Below are positions 26,701 through 35,203 of a DNA stretch of 64,000 nt, piece after piece (the first letter of the stretch is position 1; each line of letters starts with the position of its first letter). The position numbers and the translations under genes are program-made. The stretch comes from an uncultured Victivallales bacterium. GTDB taxonomy: Bacteria > Verrucomicrobiota > Kiritimatiellia > UBA8416. The notes beneath the pieces were generated by a model. The model saw only the letters and a program-made list of their open reading frames with translations, did not search any database and was not told the origin of the DNA. The stretch is taken from the NCBI GenBank assembly GCA_964387425.1, contig CAYLXP010000001.1, positions 19,452 to 83,451 on the forward strand, written 5' to 3'.

Positions 26701-27266
26701 AAAGCCTTAACAAGCAGATCTCCGAATTCGAGCAGGAGAACAAGGGCGGCAAACTCACCGCCGACAAGGCGCTCAAGCTGGCCGAGCTCTATCGTAGCGC
26801 CGGTCAGATCGGTAAGTTCAACAGCCTGATGAGCGGCATGCTGAGCAACAAGGGCCTCCCGCCGGTGATCTACTACCAGATCGCGCAAAGCTATGAACGT
26901 GCGAAGCGTTTCGACGATATGAGCAAGGCGCTCGACCTGTGCCTCGAACGCCTACCCGAGAATTCACCGGCACGGGCTTTCCTCGACGTTGCGAAGCTCT
27001 ACAGCAAGGCCAAGAACACGGCGGGCATGCGCAAGGCGATGCAGGCCTACCTCAAGAAGAGCCCCAATGACTGGAAGGCATGGCTGGATCTCGCCCAGCT
27101 GCATCTGCAGTTCGGCGACAAAGCGCAAGCCACCACGGCCCTCGGAGCGGCGGTCCGCTATGGTGGCGCCCAGGCCCAGCAACTGATCCAGCAGAACCCT
27201 AACTTGAGACAGGTGCACCAGACGCGTGCATCGCGGACCAAGGACCTTATGGGCCTGGGGCTGTAG
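23772..27266 (+). CDS. DUF2723-family polytopic membrane protein (glycosyltransferase-C-like) with C-terminal TPR repeats
   Basis: About 1165 aa from ATG 23772. The N-terminus (YFYTLAPTVTLEDSGELAVAGDWLGVPHPPGYPIWT) matches my memory of the DUF2723 signature. There are many TM helices and a TPR-like C-terminus (AEAAFGEARMLYPLSPEANFRLAEVHMRAGEFGKAKD...). Confidence 0.7.
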   Translation: MPGVDDIQEPGSNELGPFFSKVDWSAFWTALVVCFIVYFYTLAPTVTLEDSGELAVAGDWLGVPHPPGYPIWTMMAWAFTKVFAFVKFRGQPNPAWSIGLLSAVLGALSAGLTALLICRSGRDVLRHSKQISHDIGVQTENAICWVGGVVSSLLFVFTPIMWSQAVIVEVYTLNAFFLILVMLLVYVWNRRPSDHLLFVTAFVFGLGLTNYQVLLLAALALAIAILLKDLELFRDFMVIGAPFFIVLVLMKRFDGLEGTKPAVDSIGNILGVLFTKGALPPIIHPTHITCYFYLFLNGLLLTLAYFFLPRGKTVAITVLLAELGVSVYVYMPIVSDLRNPPMNWGYPRTWEGFKHAISRGQYEKIKPSDIFSLRFIHQIGTYLADLRLNFTLFGTLVAFLPFTAWHAKSKGKAFRALSWSALLIAVALLLLPLGKVAPLYKIPSLLIILMLAVGAVAMPVQRFRKLVIDHMIAPEAKLWERITTALALAGGAACYLALLAKKGLDLTKPLRGDATLPPEQVQSIVLQCLMIPILIAIPIIVIWAANRILRDQDTFELTVDDDSQKWMVSTLIAFATLSIGLIALANLKMDIQDTFIQRVKFISSHVLFSFWIGYGVIYLLALIDGLARGNQTVKWVSLAVATMLPAVPLLANLYNEQLLYVYGGAEQNGHDFGWQFGNYQLRGAEAILEELSPDEEPLPNPTFPPEMGQDAIFYGGTDPGRFVPTYMIYSARVREDVYLITQNALADNTYMSVMRDLYGNDIWIPSVADSAQAFSTYVHDIETGKRPVTAGITKQNGRVQVSGVLGVMEINGILAKDIFEYNKYKHEFYVEESYVIRWMYPYLEPHGLIMKINSNPMPRLTTTMVDNDTDFWDWYTRRLVTSRKFVRDVVARKSFSKLRSAIAGLYTNRGLKKQAEAAFGEARMLYPLSPEANFRLAEVHMRAGEFGKAKDLITEFGEMDPANAKVKDFLKQIDRIESLNKQISEFEQENKGGKLTADKALKLAELYRSAGQIGKFNSLMSGMLSNKGLPPVIYYQIAQSYERAKRFDDMSKALDLCLERLPENSPARAFLDVAKLYSKAKNTAGMRKAMQAYLKKSPNDWKAWLDLAQLHLQFGDKAQATTALGAAVRYGGAQAQQLIQQNPNLRQVHQTRASRTKDLMGLGL

Positions 27267-27294
27267 TTAGACGGTGGGCGCTCTGTCCCCTGAC

Positions 27295-28035
27295 TTACCG
27301 CCACAGGAATTCATGCGCAAGCACGCTGGCGGCATAGAGTGCGGCCGTTTCCACACGCAGCGTCAAATCCCCGAAACTGACAGGCCGCGCGCCGGCTTCC
27401 ATGGCAGCGGCCGTTTCGGCCGGAGTCAGGTCGCCTTCGGGACCGATAATGACGGCGATAGAGGCGGGAGCTTGCTCGCGTAGCGAGTCGATGACCATCC
27501 GTAGTGGTTGCGTCCCCTCCACGAGGGATCCCAACAGGACGGCATCAAACTCGCCCAGCCGATCGATGGCCCGGCCGTAAGGCTGTGCGGGATCGATCAC
27601 GGGAAGCCACGGTGTGCCGCACTGTTTCGACGCACTCCGGGCAATCCGTTTCCAACGCTCGGCGCGTTTGCGCGCCTGCTTTGCATCGAGACGAACAACA
27701 CCGCGATCGGTGATGACGGGAATGATCCGGGCAACACCGAGCTCCGTGGCTTTCTCGATCACCAGGTCCATGCGCGCGCCCTTGGGGATCGCCTGAATGA
27801 GAGCAATGTCGCAGGCACGCTGTGCGGCGGAACCAATCTCGGAGACTTCAAGGGTCAACATGCCGTCCGCAGCCAGCCGAACCGTCGCCCGCGCCTCGCG
27901 TCCTGCCCCATCGAAAACCGCAACCGTATCGCCATCTTCCGCACGCAACACGTCGCGCAGGTGGTGGGCCTCGGCATCAGACGGGAGGATACCGCCATCC
28001 GCCCATCGACCAGGTTCTATGAAACAACGATGCAT
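27295..28035 (-). CDS. rsmE: 16S rRNA (uracil1498-N3)-methyltransferase RsmE
   Basis: 246 aa with the N-terminal PUA-like region HRCFIEP ... HHLRDVLRAEDGDTVAVFDG and the C-terminal SPOUT signature IIGPEGDLTPAE ... LRVETAAL. Confidence 0.88.
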   Translation of the reverse strand: MHRCFIEPGRWADGGILPSDAEAHHLRDVLRAEDGDTVAVFDGAGREARATVRLAADGMLTLEVSEIGSAAQRACDIALIQAIPKGARMDLVIEKATELGVARIIPVITDRGVVRLDAKQARKRAERWKRIARSASKQCGTPWLPVIDPAQPYGRAIDRLGEFDAVLLGSLVEGTQPLRMVIDSLREQAPASIAVIIGPEGDLTPAETAAAMEAGARPVSFGDLTLRVETAALYAASVLAHEFLWR

Positions 28036-28047
28036 TGGGAGAGACTA

Positions 28048-28082
28048 CAAGTGGCAAGCAGCAAGAGGCAAGTGGCAAGTGG
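28048..28082. repeat. tandem heptamer array (CAAGNGG x5)
   Basis: CAAGTGG CAAGCAG CAAGAGG CAAGTGG CAAGTGG, 13 nt upstream of the rsmE start codon (minus strand) and downstream of the DNRLRE-type gene. Confidence 0.85.
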
Positions 28083-28103
28083 CTATCGGCCTGACGGCGG
28101 CCT

Positions 28104-29723
28104 CTACTCCAGCGTGATTCTGTAGTACGACGATCTGGCGGTAGAGACGGGGACGGTCACCGTGTTCATGGGGGGCGTAGCGGAAATGTTGTCGAGCAGG
28201 GTCGTCCAGCTCCCAGTCAGGATGTTGGTGCGGGTCTGCACCGCGTAGTACTGCCCGGAAACGCTGTACCATCGGAATTCACGATCGGCTAACCCGGAAG
28301 TCGAAGCAATGGCAAGTCGGGATGTTGCGCTACCGGGATTAGTGCGGGCGACAAACTCATCGTAGTTCGACACTCCGTCGCCGTCGGAATCACCGTTGGC
28401 GTCGTTGACATCGGGGTCCAGATTGTTTGCTTCTTCCCAATCGTTAGGCATACCGTCGCCATCGGTATCCACAGCCAGAATCTGCTCTCCTACGACGCGT
28501 ACATCGTCCAGATTCCACCCGGAATAGGCATACTGCGTTCTGTAAGTCCCCCCCTTCGCCTTCCATCTGACATAGACGGTCGACTGCCCATCGGCCACCG
28601 ATGAGATATCAAACGACCAGAGCGGCCATGATCCGCCACAGTGTGAGTATTGGTTTTCCCAGACAGTTGTCCAATTGCTTCCGTTGGATGAGGCCTCGAG
28701 GGCCGCGCTGTCATTGTAACCGGGGAACCAGGCCCCGAGCCAGCAGCGGAACGAGAGCGTGACGTTCACATAGCCAGAACAGTCGATGGCGGGGGTACGT
28801 GTGTACTTTGGGGTCGAGGTCCCGACATAGTAGGGCGAGTCGAGTTCGTAGCCAAAGACCTTTGACCCCGTGTATCCGGACGATGGCTCCCCGTACCCGT
28901 CTATGGTATACCCATCGACCCCGGACGGTGTGCCGTATTCCCACTGACCCTCTGTTTGCCACCCCGGATCGCTGCTCATGTCAGCCGAGTAAAGAACGGT
29001 ACCTGCCGTGATGGTGAGTGTTTCGGACGTGCCCGTGCCTCCGTCATCGTCGAACGCCTTCACGTACACGCTCTGATCACCCTTCCCCGTACTCGCCCAC
29101 ATGCAGGTATATGGGGCCGTGGTGTCAGTCCCAACGAGCTGGCTATTGACATAGAACTCTACGCGCTCAACGGTGCCGTCCGGGTCGGAGGCATCTGCAG
29201 TCAGTCTTGTGTGGTGACCTGGCGTGACTACGGTCTGGGGGTCAATGGTAAGGTTGGCCAGGGGACTTAGGTTGCCCAAAGGTGTGAAGGTAACTTCAAG
29301 CTTGGGACGGAGCGTGACGGTTCCATACTCAGACGTAGCTATGCGCAGGAAGTCCTCTTTCCTCGAATATTGCGTGTGGGTTTCGCTGGTTGATTTGACG
29401 ACCAGTCCGTGGTTATGAGAAGGGGCGTTGATCCAAACCTGAACGGTCGCCACCGGCACGTCAAAGACCATCCAGCCCGTCCCGGCAGGAAAGGCCACCG
29501 TGTCGAGCGTACTCCCAATTGTGCCGCCGCCCGTCCACGTCTGGTTTGCCCCGAGATTGCGATAGCCCCAAGTGACGCCGTCCTCTACCCACGAACTGGT
29601 CAGCGCATGCAGATCAAGGTTGAGACCGCGATTGCTGGTTTCGCGCGTAATTACATAGAGATGGAGTCTCGCGGAGGAAACCGTGCTTCCCGGGGGAATC
29701 GAACTCAGGTTGAATTGACTCAC
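28104..29723 (-). CDS. secreted multidomain protein, C-terminal 539 aa (DNRLRE/CBM96-like remainder, Ig-like, MAM/LamG-like, thrombospondin-type-3 Ca-binding repeats)
   Basis: FNLSSIPPGSTVSSARLHLYV ... LTSSWVEDGVTW resembles a DNRLRE-type domain. Further on are DASDPDGTVERVEFYVN (Ig-like) and DTDGDGMPNDWEE / DSDGDGVSNYDE (TSP3-like). The track start is a GTG with no signal peptide. The frame is continuous with 29751..29990 apart from one TGA. Confidence 0.7.
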   Translation of the reverse strand: MSQFNLSSIPPGSTVSSARLHLYVITRETSNRGLNLDLHALTSSWVEDGVTWGYRNLGANQTWTGGGTIGSTLDTVAFPAGTGWMVFDVPVATVQVWINAPSHNHGLVVKSTSETHTQYSRKEDFLRIATSEYGTVTLRPKLEVTFTPLGNLSPLANLTIDPQTVVTPGHHTRLTADASDPDGTVERVEFYVNSQLVGTDTTAPYTCMWASTGKGDQSVYVKAFDDDGGTGTSETLTITAGTVLYSADMSSDPGWQTEGQWEYGTPSGVDGYTIDGYGEPSSGYTGSKVFGYELDSPYYVGTSTPKYTRTPAIDCSGYVNVTLSFRCWLGAWFPGYNDSAALEASSNGSNWTTVWENQYSHCGGSWPLWSFDISSVADGQSTVYVRWKAKGGTYRTQYAYSGWNLDDVRVVGEQILAVDTDGDGMPNDWEEANNLDPDVNDANGDSDGDGVSNYDEFVARTNPGSATSRLAIASTSGLADREFRWYSVSGQYYAVQTRTNILTGSWTTLLDNISATPPMNTVTVPVSTARSSYYRITLE

Positions 29724-29750
29724 ACACCGTGTGAACCGCCAGCAACTGGG

Positions 29751-29990
29751 TCAACCGGATTGGTAGTGCTCGAACCCGAGCAGCATCGTTCCCGCAGTTC
29801 CGAAGTTCTGTTTCTTCAGCGCGTAGTACCCACCCGAGCCGATATAGCTGTCAGCAACACCGGAGTATCCCGCGGTGCCCTCCTGGAACACGAGCGTCTC
29901 GGCAGTTCCAGAGATGGCTATCATTGCGAGCGCAAGCAGAACCATTGCCGCCCGTTGAATCTTAGCTGGATATGTCACTTCGATGCTCAT
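29751..29990 (-). CDS. N-terminal fragment (signal peptide + start of DNRLRE-type domain) of the same secreted protein, ended by an in-frame TGA
   Basis: 79 aa: MVLLALAMIAISGTAETLVFQEGTAGYSGVADSYIGSGG ... NFGTAGTMLLG. It is in the same reading frame as 28104..29723, separated only by TGA (29751-29753) and nine sense codons. Confidence 0.6.
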   Translation of the reverse strand: MSIEVTYPAKIQRAAMVLLALAMIAISGTAETLVFQEGTAGYSGVADSYIGSGGYYALKKQNFGTAGTMLLGFEHYQSG

Positions 29991-30116
29991 TGCTTCCTGT
30001 GCCTGACACCCCTCCGCGTTAGCTATCTATTCCAGTATAGTCCGGCGGAATTGTCAATGCGGTTCTCAGCTGACCCGTTTGATCGCGAGGTGCAGAAAGA
30101 GCCAGGGTAACCCGTC

Positions 30117-31289
30117 CTACTCCATCGCCTTCTTGCGTTCCAGGAACGCCTCAGCTTGCTCGCGGAATCGCTTTGAGGCAGGGTAGTTGTTATCCGCCAC
30201 GTGGTTCTTGAATTCGGTGAGTGCCTTCTTCTGCTTGCCGTTGAGCTTCACGGGAACCTCCGTCATGATCTGCACATGCAAGTCACCCCGGCCGTACCCT
30301 TCCACGTTCGGCATGCCCTTGTTGCGCAGGCGAAAGACCTTGCCCGTCTCGGTGCCCGAAGCGATCTTGAGTTTCGCGAAACCATCGATCGTGGGCACCT
30401 GGATCTCTCCGCCCAGGGCGAGCACCTCAAAAGCCACGGGGATCTCGCAGAAAAGATCATCTTCACGCCGGCGAAATACCGCGTGCGGTCGAACGCGAAT
30501 CACCACGTAGAGATCACCCGCAGGACCACCGCGAACGCCTCCCTCGCCTTTGCCGGTTAAGCGCAACCTCGAGCCGGTCTCAACACCACGGGGGATCTTC
30601 AGCGTAATCCGCTTGCGCGACTTCACGCGTCCTGAACCGCTGCACTTGTTACACGGGTTGGTCACCAGCGTCCCCTGGCCACCGCAGACCGGACAGGTCT
30701 GCCGGACCTGGAAGAAGCCTCCGCCGGAGATCACGCTGCCCTGTCCTCCACACTGGCGGCACGTCTCGCGCTTGCTGCCGGGGGCTACCCCCGAGCCGGT
30801 GCACGCCTCGCACTGGACCGAAACGGGAAGCGTGATTTCACGTTCAGAGCCAAACGCCGCCTCTTCAAAGTCGATCTCGATATCGAATCGCAAGTCAGCG
30901 CCCGGTTGCGGGCCATCGGGTCGCGCCCGGCGCCGGCTACCGCCGAAGAAATCATCGAAGATGCCGCCACCGCCACCGAAGATACTCCCCAGGATATCCT
31001 GGAGGTCGGCACCGTGGGTGAAGTCACGACCAAAGTCGAACCCGCCGGGACCAAAGGCGGAGCGCAGGCCATCGTGGCCGAACTGGTCGTACTGCTGACG
31101 CTTCCTGGAATCGCTCAGGACTTCGTAGGCCTCCGACACCTCCTTGAACCTGGCCTCGGCCTCCTTGTCACCCTGGTTGCGATCAGGATGATACTTCATG
31201 GCCAGCTTGCGGTAGGCCTTCTTCAGCTCATCCTCGGATGCAGAGCGGCTTACGCCCAGAAGTTCGTAGTAATCCTGTTTTGCTGCCAC
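30117..31289 (-). CDS. dnaJ: molecular chaperone DnaJ
   Basis: 390 aa with the J-domain YYELLGV ... KYHPDRN, a G/F-rich region and four CxxCxGxG zinc motifs. Confidence 0.95.
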   Translation of the reverse strand: MAAKQDYYELLGVSRSASEDELKKAYRKLAMKYHPDRNQGDKEAEARFKEVSEAYEVLSDSRKRQQYDQFGHDGLRSAFGPGGFDFGRDFTHGADLQDILGSIFGGGGGIFDDFFGGSRRRARPDGPQPGADLRFDIEIDFEEAAFGSEREITLPVSVQCEACTGSGVAPGSKRETCRQCGGQGSVISGGGFFQVRQTCPVCGGQGTLVTNPCNKCSGSGRVKSRKRITLKIPRGVETGSRLRLTGKGEGGVRGGPAGDLYVVIRVRPHAVFRRREDDLFCEIPVAFEVLALGGEIQVPTIDGFAKLKIASGTETGKVFRLRNKGMPNVEGYGRGDLHVQIMTEVPVKLNGKQKKALTEFKNHVADNNYPASKRFREQAEAFLERKKAME

Positions 31290-31304
31290 ACTAAAGCTCC
31301 ATCT

Positions 31305-31910
31305 CTATTCGTCCGCCGGTGCGTCGGCGGACGGCCCGCTCGACACCACCACCTGCGACGCCCGCAGGAGCCGGTCGCCAAGCTTATAGCCACCACGTGC
31401 CTGGGACACGACGAAGTTCTCTGCCACGTCCGGCGCAGGCATATGCAGAATGGCTTCGTGCAGATTCGGGTCAAACTCCTGGCCATCGGTTTCGATCGGG
31501 GAGAGCCCGAACTTGGACAGGACTCCCATCAGCTGATCCGCCACGAGACGAAAGCCCTCGACGACGGGGTCGTGCTGGTGGGACTCGCCGGCAGAGGCGA
31601 AAGCCAGTTCGATGTGGTCAATGACCGGCAGCAGCTCCTCCATGATGTCCTGGTTGGCCCGGCGGTAAATCTCGTCCTTCTCGCGCAACACGCGCTTACG
31701 GTAATTGTCAAAATCCGCCTGCAGGCGCAAGTAGCTGTCATCCGCGGGAGGGGCAGCTTCTTCCTTGGGTGCCTTCTCTGTCGCAGTCTTCTTCTTATGT
31801 GGTTTCGACGCCTTCTTCTTAGGCGACTTACCCTTGCTCTGCTTGGCAGTCTTCTTTGCGTCTTCGTTCTTCTTCGGCGCAGTCATCTCCGTCTCTCTCC
31901 TGAAACACAC
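31305..31910 (-). CDS. grpE: nucleotide exchange factor GrpE
   Basis: 201 aa with a Lys-rich N-terminus, then LRLQADFDNYRKR and the C-terminal beta-domain GYKLGDRLLRASQVVV. Lies 15 nt upstream of dnaJ. Confidence 0.9.
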   Translation of the reverse strand: MCFRRETEMTAPKKNEDAKKTAKQSKGKSPKKKASKPHKKKTATEKAPKEEAAPPADDSYLRLQADFDNYRKRVLREKDEIYRRANQDIMEELLPVIDHIELAFASAGESHQHDPVVEGFRLVADQLMGVLSKFGLSPIETDGQEFDPNLHEAILHMPAPDVAENFVVSQARGGYKLGDRLLRASQVVVSSGPSADAPADE

Positions 31911-32035
31911 TCACGACCACGGTGATTCCCAACCGGGATACTCCACCTGGCCCTTAAAAAGCGACCCGTGTCATATCATCATCGGGCAGGGGTTCGCCAA
32001 CAAAAAAGGAAGAGGAATGGAAGGGAGGGAAATCT

Positions 32036-32121
32036 AAACATCGAACATCGAACACTCAACATCGAACGTCGAACGAAGAGACTCTCCACTTCGATGTTCG
32101 GCGTTCAGTGTTCGATGTTGG
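32036..32121. repeat. imperfect long palindrome built from tandem heptamers (ACATCGA-like x6 and its inverse)
   Basis: The left arm is aaACATCGAACATCGAACACTCAACATCGAACGTCGAACGAAG. The right arm is CTTCGATGTTCGGCGTTCAGTGTTCGATGTTGG. Lies between the STAS gene stop and the grpE start. Confidence 0.8.
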
Positions 32122-32176
32122 CTTGTCCTCCGTAGCTCGAAGAGCGAAGGAGGGACGTTCGAAACGAAGTCTCGTC

Positions 32177-32719
32177 CTAGCCGTCGAGCTCTGCCAGATC
32201 CTGGTCGAGATAGGTAAGCACATCGCGGAAACGGGCCTGGTTCTCGGGGGCCACTTCCACCAGGGTCTGGTGTGCCGTGAGCATCGTCTCAAGTGACAAG
32301 CGCTTGTCGGCTCCTTCGAGAGAGAGGTCTTTGAGGTCCAGCACCTCGGCCAGGTTCGCCTTGAGTTCATCCGGAAGCTCATCGGCCTGGTAGCACTCAA
32401 CCAGGCGGTCCAACCCGAGCGTCTGAAGCAGCGCAGCCGTCTTGGGCGTGAGGTTCATTGCAACCAAACGCCCCTCCGTTTCGCGCTGAATGCGAAGGGC
32501 CAATCCGGCAAGGACTCCCATGAAGGTACTGTCCATACCAAGGCAGCCTTCCATATCGAGAAAGATCTGGGTGCAGCCCTTGTCGATTGCGGAAGCACCG
32601 AATCGCTTCAGCGACGGCCCGGCCTTGAAGGTGCCGCGTCCGTTGACCTTAACCATGGCGCAGCTCTTGCAGACTGCTACCAGCAACTCATCCTGACACT
32701 TGGTAAGCGGTTCCATCAA
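32177..32719 (-). CDS. STAS-domain protein (anti-sigma-factor-antagonist fold) with ~70-aa helical C-terminal extension
   Basis: 180 aa. The pattern VKVNGRGTFKAGPSLKRF ... IFLDMEGCLGMDSTFMGVLAGL ... LVAMNLTPKTAALLQTLGLDRL is STAS-like. Confidence 0.55.
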   Translation of the reverse strand: MMEPLTKCQDELLVAVCKSCAMVKVNGRGTFKAGPSLKRFGASAIDKGCTQIFLDMEGCLGMDSTFMGVLAGLALRIQRETEGRLVAMNLTPKTAALLQTLGLDRLVECYQADELPDELKANLAEVLDLKDLSLEGADKRLSLETMLTAHQTLVEVAPENQARFRDVLTYLDQDLAELDG

Positions 32720-32930
32720 CTCGTCACACTCCGGACGCTAGACACTTCTGAACTACCCGCAACCTATCACCCCCAACACAGGAGTCAAGACCAGGGAATT
32801 CAATATTCCCACAGTTTGTTCTCCGGCTCTCTGAACGGAGAAATGACGGCAGATACACACACGCAATGTGCACGCAAAAGAGTCTCGTTTTACCTTTCCC
32901 TTTATCGCGGGTGTGGCTACCGTAAGCATA

Positions 32931-34046
32931 ATGAAGGTCTGCATTGATATTCAATCTGCGGTAACCCAGCGCGCGGGTGTCGGACGCTACACGAGGGAGC
33001 TCGTGCAGCACCTCGGCAGGGCCGCGCCCGATGACCGGTTCCTGCTGACCTACTTCGATTTCAAGGGACGTGCAGCACCAATCGAGGTCCCCAACGCGAG
33101 CCAACACGCCATTCGGTATTGTCCCGGACGCCTGGCCCAGTTTGCCTGGAAAACGCTAGGCTGGCCCCCCTACGATATGTTCGCAGGAGATGCCGACCTT
33201 TACCACTTCCCGAACTTCATCATTCCCCCACTGCGCAATAAGAAGTCGGTTGTCACGATCCACGACGTATCGTTCGTCCCTTACCCGCACTTTGCCGAGG
33301 AACGTAACGTGCGCTACCTTCGCACGCACATCAAGGAGACGGTTAAGCGTGCGGACGCCATCATCACGGTATCGGAATTCAGCGCCCGCGAGATCTGCAG
33401 CTACCTGGGGGCCGACGAGGAGCGCGTGTTCGCCGTACACCACGGCATTAGCGACACGTTCGCCCGGCCCGGTGCCGAGGAAACCGCCCGCGTCCTGGCG
33501 GACTGCAAACTGGATCGCCCATACCTCCTGACGGTCGGCACAGTCGAGCCCCGCAAGAACCTGACGTTAATGGTAGAGGCGTTCGAACACCTCAAAGACT
33601 TCGACGGCGACCTGGTGATCGCCGGCGGACTGGGATGGAAATATGAACCGATCCTGGAGCGGATTCGCAAATCGCCTCGCGCGAAGTCAATCCGCTGCCT
33701 GGGATACACGGATGACTCCCGTTTGCCGGCGCTCTACGCCGGGGCCTCGGCCTTCCTGTTAACATCCTACTATGAGGGATTCGGGTTCCCCCCCGTCGAG
33801 GCAATGGCGTGCGGCACACCGGTCGTTTCAAGCACCGGCGGCTCACTTGCCGAAGTCCTGGGCGACGGCGCGGTGCTGCTGGAAAGCTACTCGGGAGAGG
33901 AGTGGGCAGAGCAAATCGGACGAGTGCTTACCGACAGCCGTTTCCGCGAGGAACTGATCGATCGCGGACGCATCAAGGCCGCAAGCTACTCATGGGCAGA
34001 AGCGGCATCGAAGACGATGGCAGTCTATCGACAGGTTGCGGAATGA
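32931..34046 (+). CDS. glycosyltransferase family 4
   Basis: The preferred start is ATG 32931 (MKVCIDIQSAVTQRAGVGRYTREL). The GT-B E-x7-E region is YEGFGFPPVEAMACGTPVV. Confidence 0.85.
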   Translation: MKVCIDIQSAVTQRAGVGRYTRELVQHLGRAAPDDRFLLTYFDFKGRAAPIEVPNASQHAIRYCPGRLAQFAWKTLGWPPYDMFAGDADLYHFPNFIIPPLRNKKSVVTIHDVSFVPYPHFAEERNVRYLRTHIKETVKRADAIITVSEFSAREICSYLGADEERVFAVHHGISDTFARPGAEETARVLADCKLDRPYLLTVGTVEPRKNLTLMVEAFEHLKDFDGDLVIAGGLGWKYEPILERIRKSPRAKSIRCLGYTDDSRLPALYAGASAFLLTSYYEGFGFPPVEAMACGTPVVSSTGGSLAEVLGDGAVLLESYSGEEWAEQIGRVLTDSRFREELIDRGRIKAASYSWAEAASKTMAVYRQVAE

Positions 34047-35194
34047 GGATTGCCATCGACGCCAGGTGGATCTTTCCCGAGATCTCCGGAATTGGTAATT
34101 ACACACGCCAGCTGCTTTGGCAGTTTGCCCGTCTTGACCTTCCCGGATCGCTGCTTGTGCTGTTCGACAACGCAACCGTGATGAAGCGAACGCTCGACGA
34201 GACCGGGTTGGCGGAGAATGGCAACGTTGCGGTCTCCTGCCTGCCGTGGAGCGTATTCTCACTGCAGAGCCAACTGCGTCTCCCCGCCTATCTGAAACGT
34301 GAGCAGGTCGATGTCTTCCATTCGCCCAACTACATGATCCCGCTCGCCGCCTTCCCGCGCGGCCGCACCGGGCGTGTCAAATGTGTAACCACCATCCACG
34401 ATGTGATCCCGATGGTCTTTCCGGACCATGCACCCAAGTCCCGCAAGACGCGCCTCTTCCCCATCTTCCGCGCCCTGATGCAAGAAGTGGGTAAGCGCGC
34501 CGACGCCATCATTACCGTAAGCGATGCTTCCCGCCGGGACATTCTCGAGCAGCTTCGGATTCCCTCCGATGCGGCCGACAAGGTCCACACAGTCTACAAT
34601 GGTGTCTCGGAGCACTACACCCCGGCAACGCCCGAAGCCGCCGCACCTACGGCCCCCTACACGCTGCTCTATGTCGGACGCGCCGATCCCTACAAGAACG
34701 TGGATACCCTCATCCAGGCACTCGCCCGTGTCCGCACGGAATCCTCCCTACCGGTGCATCTCGTAATCGCCGGGTCACCCGACCCCCGTTACCCACAGGC
34801 CATGGAGCTGGCAAAGGAACTCCACTTGACCGACGCCATCACCTGGACCGGCTATCTCACGGATGAAGCACTCGTCGACGCCTACCGTTCCGCCGACCTG
34901 CTGGTGCATCCGTCGCGCTACGAAGGGTTCGGGCTGCAGATCGTCGAGGCCATGGCCTGCGGCACGCCCGTGGTCTGCAGTAACGGTGGCTCGCTTCCCG
35001 AGGTGGCCGGTGATGCAGGGATCCAGGTTGATCCCGACGACACGAAGGGCTTCGCCAAGGCAATCACACGCGTCTTGACCGAACCGGGACTTGCCGCCAC
35101 GATGCGGGAAAAGGGATTCCAGCAAGCTGCAGCCTTTACATGGGAAGCGGCAGCACGTAAAACGCTGGCCGTCTATGAAACCATCTGTAGGTAA
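34043..35194 (+). CDS. glycosyltransferase family 4
   Basis: Starts at ATG 34043 (MRIAIDARWIFPEISGIGNYTRQL), overlapping the previous stop as ATGA. Contains YEGFGLQIVEAMACGTPVV. Confidence 0.85.
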   Translation: MRIAIDARWIFPEISGIGNYTRQLLWQFARLDLPGSLLVLFDNATVMKRTLDETGLAENGNVAVSCLPWSVFSLQSQLRLPAYLKREQVDVFHSPNYMIPLAAFPRGRTGRVKCVTTIHDVIPMVFPDHAPKSRKTRLFPIFRALMQEVGKRADAIITVSDASRRDILEQLRIPSDAADKVHTVYNGVSEHYTPATPEAAAPTAPYTLLYVGRADPYKNVDTLIQALARVRTESSLPVHLVIAGSPDPRYPQAMELAKELHLTDAITWTGYLTDEALVDAYRSADLLVHPSRYEGFGLQIVEAMACGTPVVCSNGGSLPEVAGDAGIQVDPDDTKGFAKAITRVLTEPGLAATMREKGFQQAAAFTWEAAARKTLAVYETICR

Positions 35195-35203
35195 CAGCTG
35201 ACC

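Noticed and set aside
31911-32176. Looked for a CIRCE (HrcA) operator TTAGCACTC-N9-GAGTGCTAA upstream of grpE, because GAACACTC and CAGTGTTC words occur there.
   Set aside because: The spacing and sequence do not fit CIRCE. The words are part of the heptamer-array palindrome.
32724-33107. 127-aa minus-strand ORF in the STAS/GT4 divergent region.
   Set aside because: It overlaps the well-supported start of the GT4 gene and an apparent promoter region that contains the palindrome GGGAAT-N5-ATTCCC at 32794-32810. It has no motifs and is probably non-coding.
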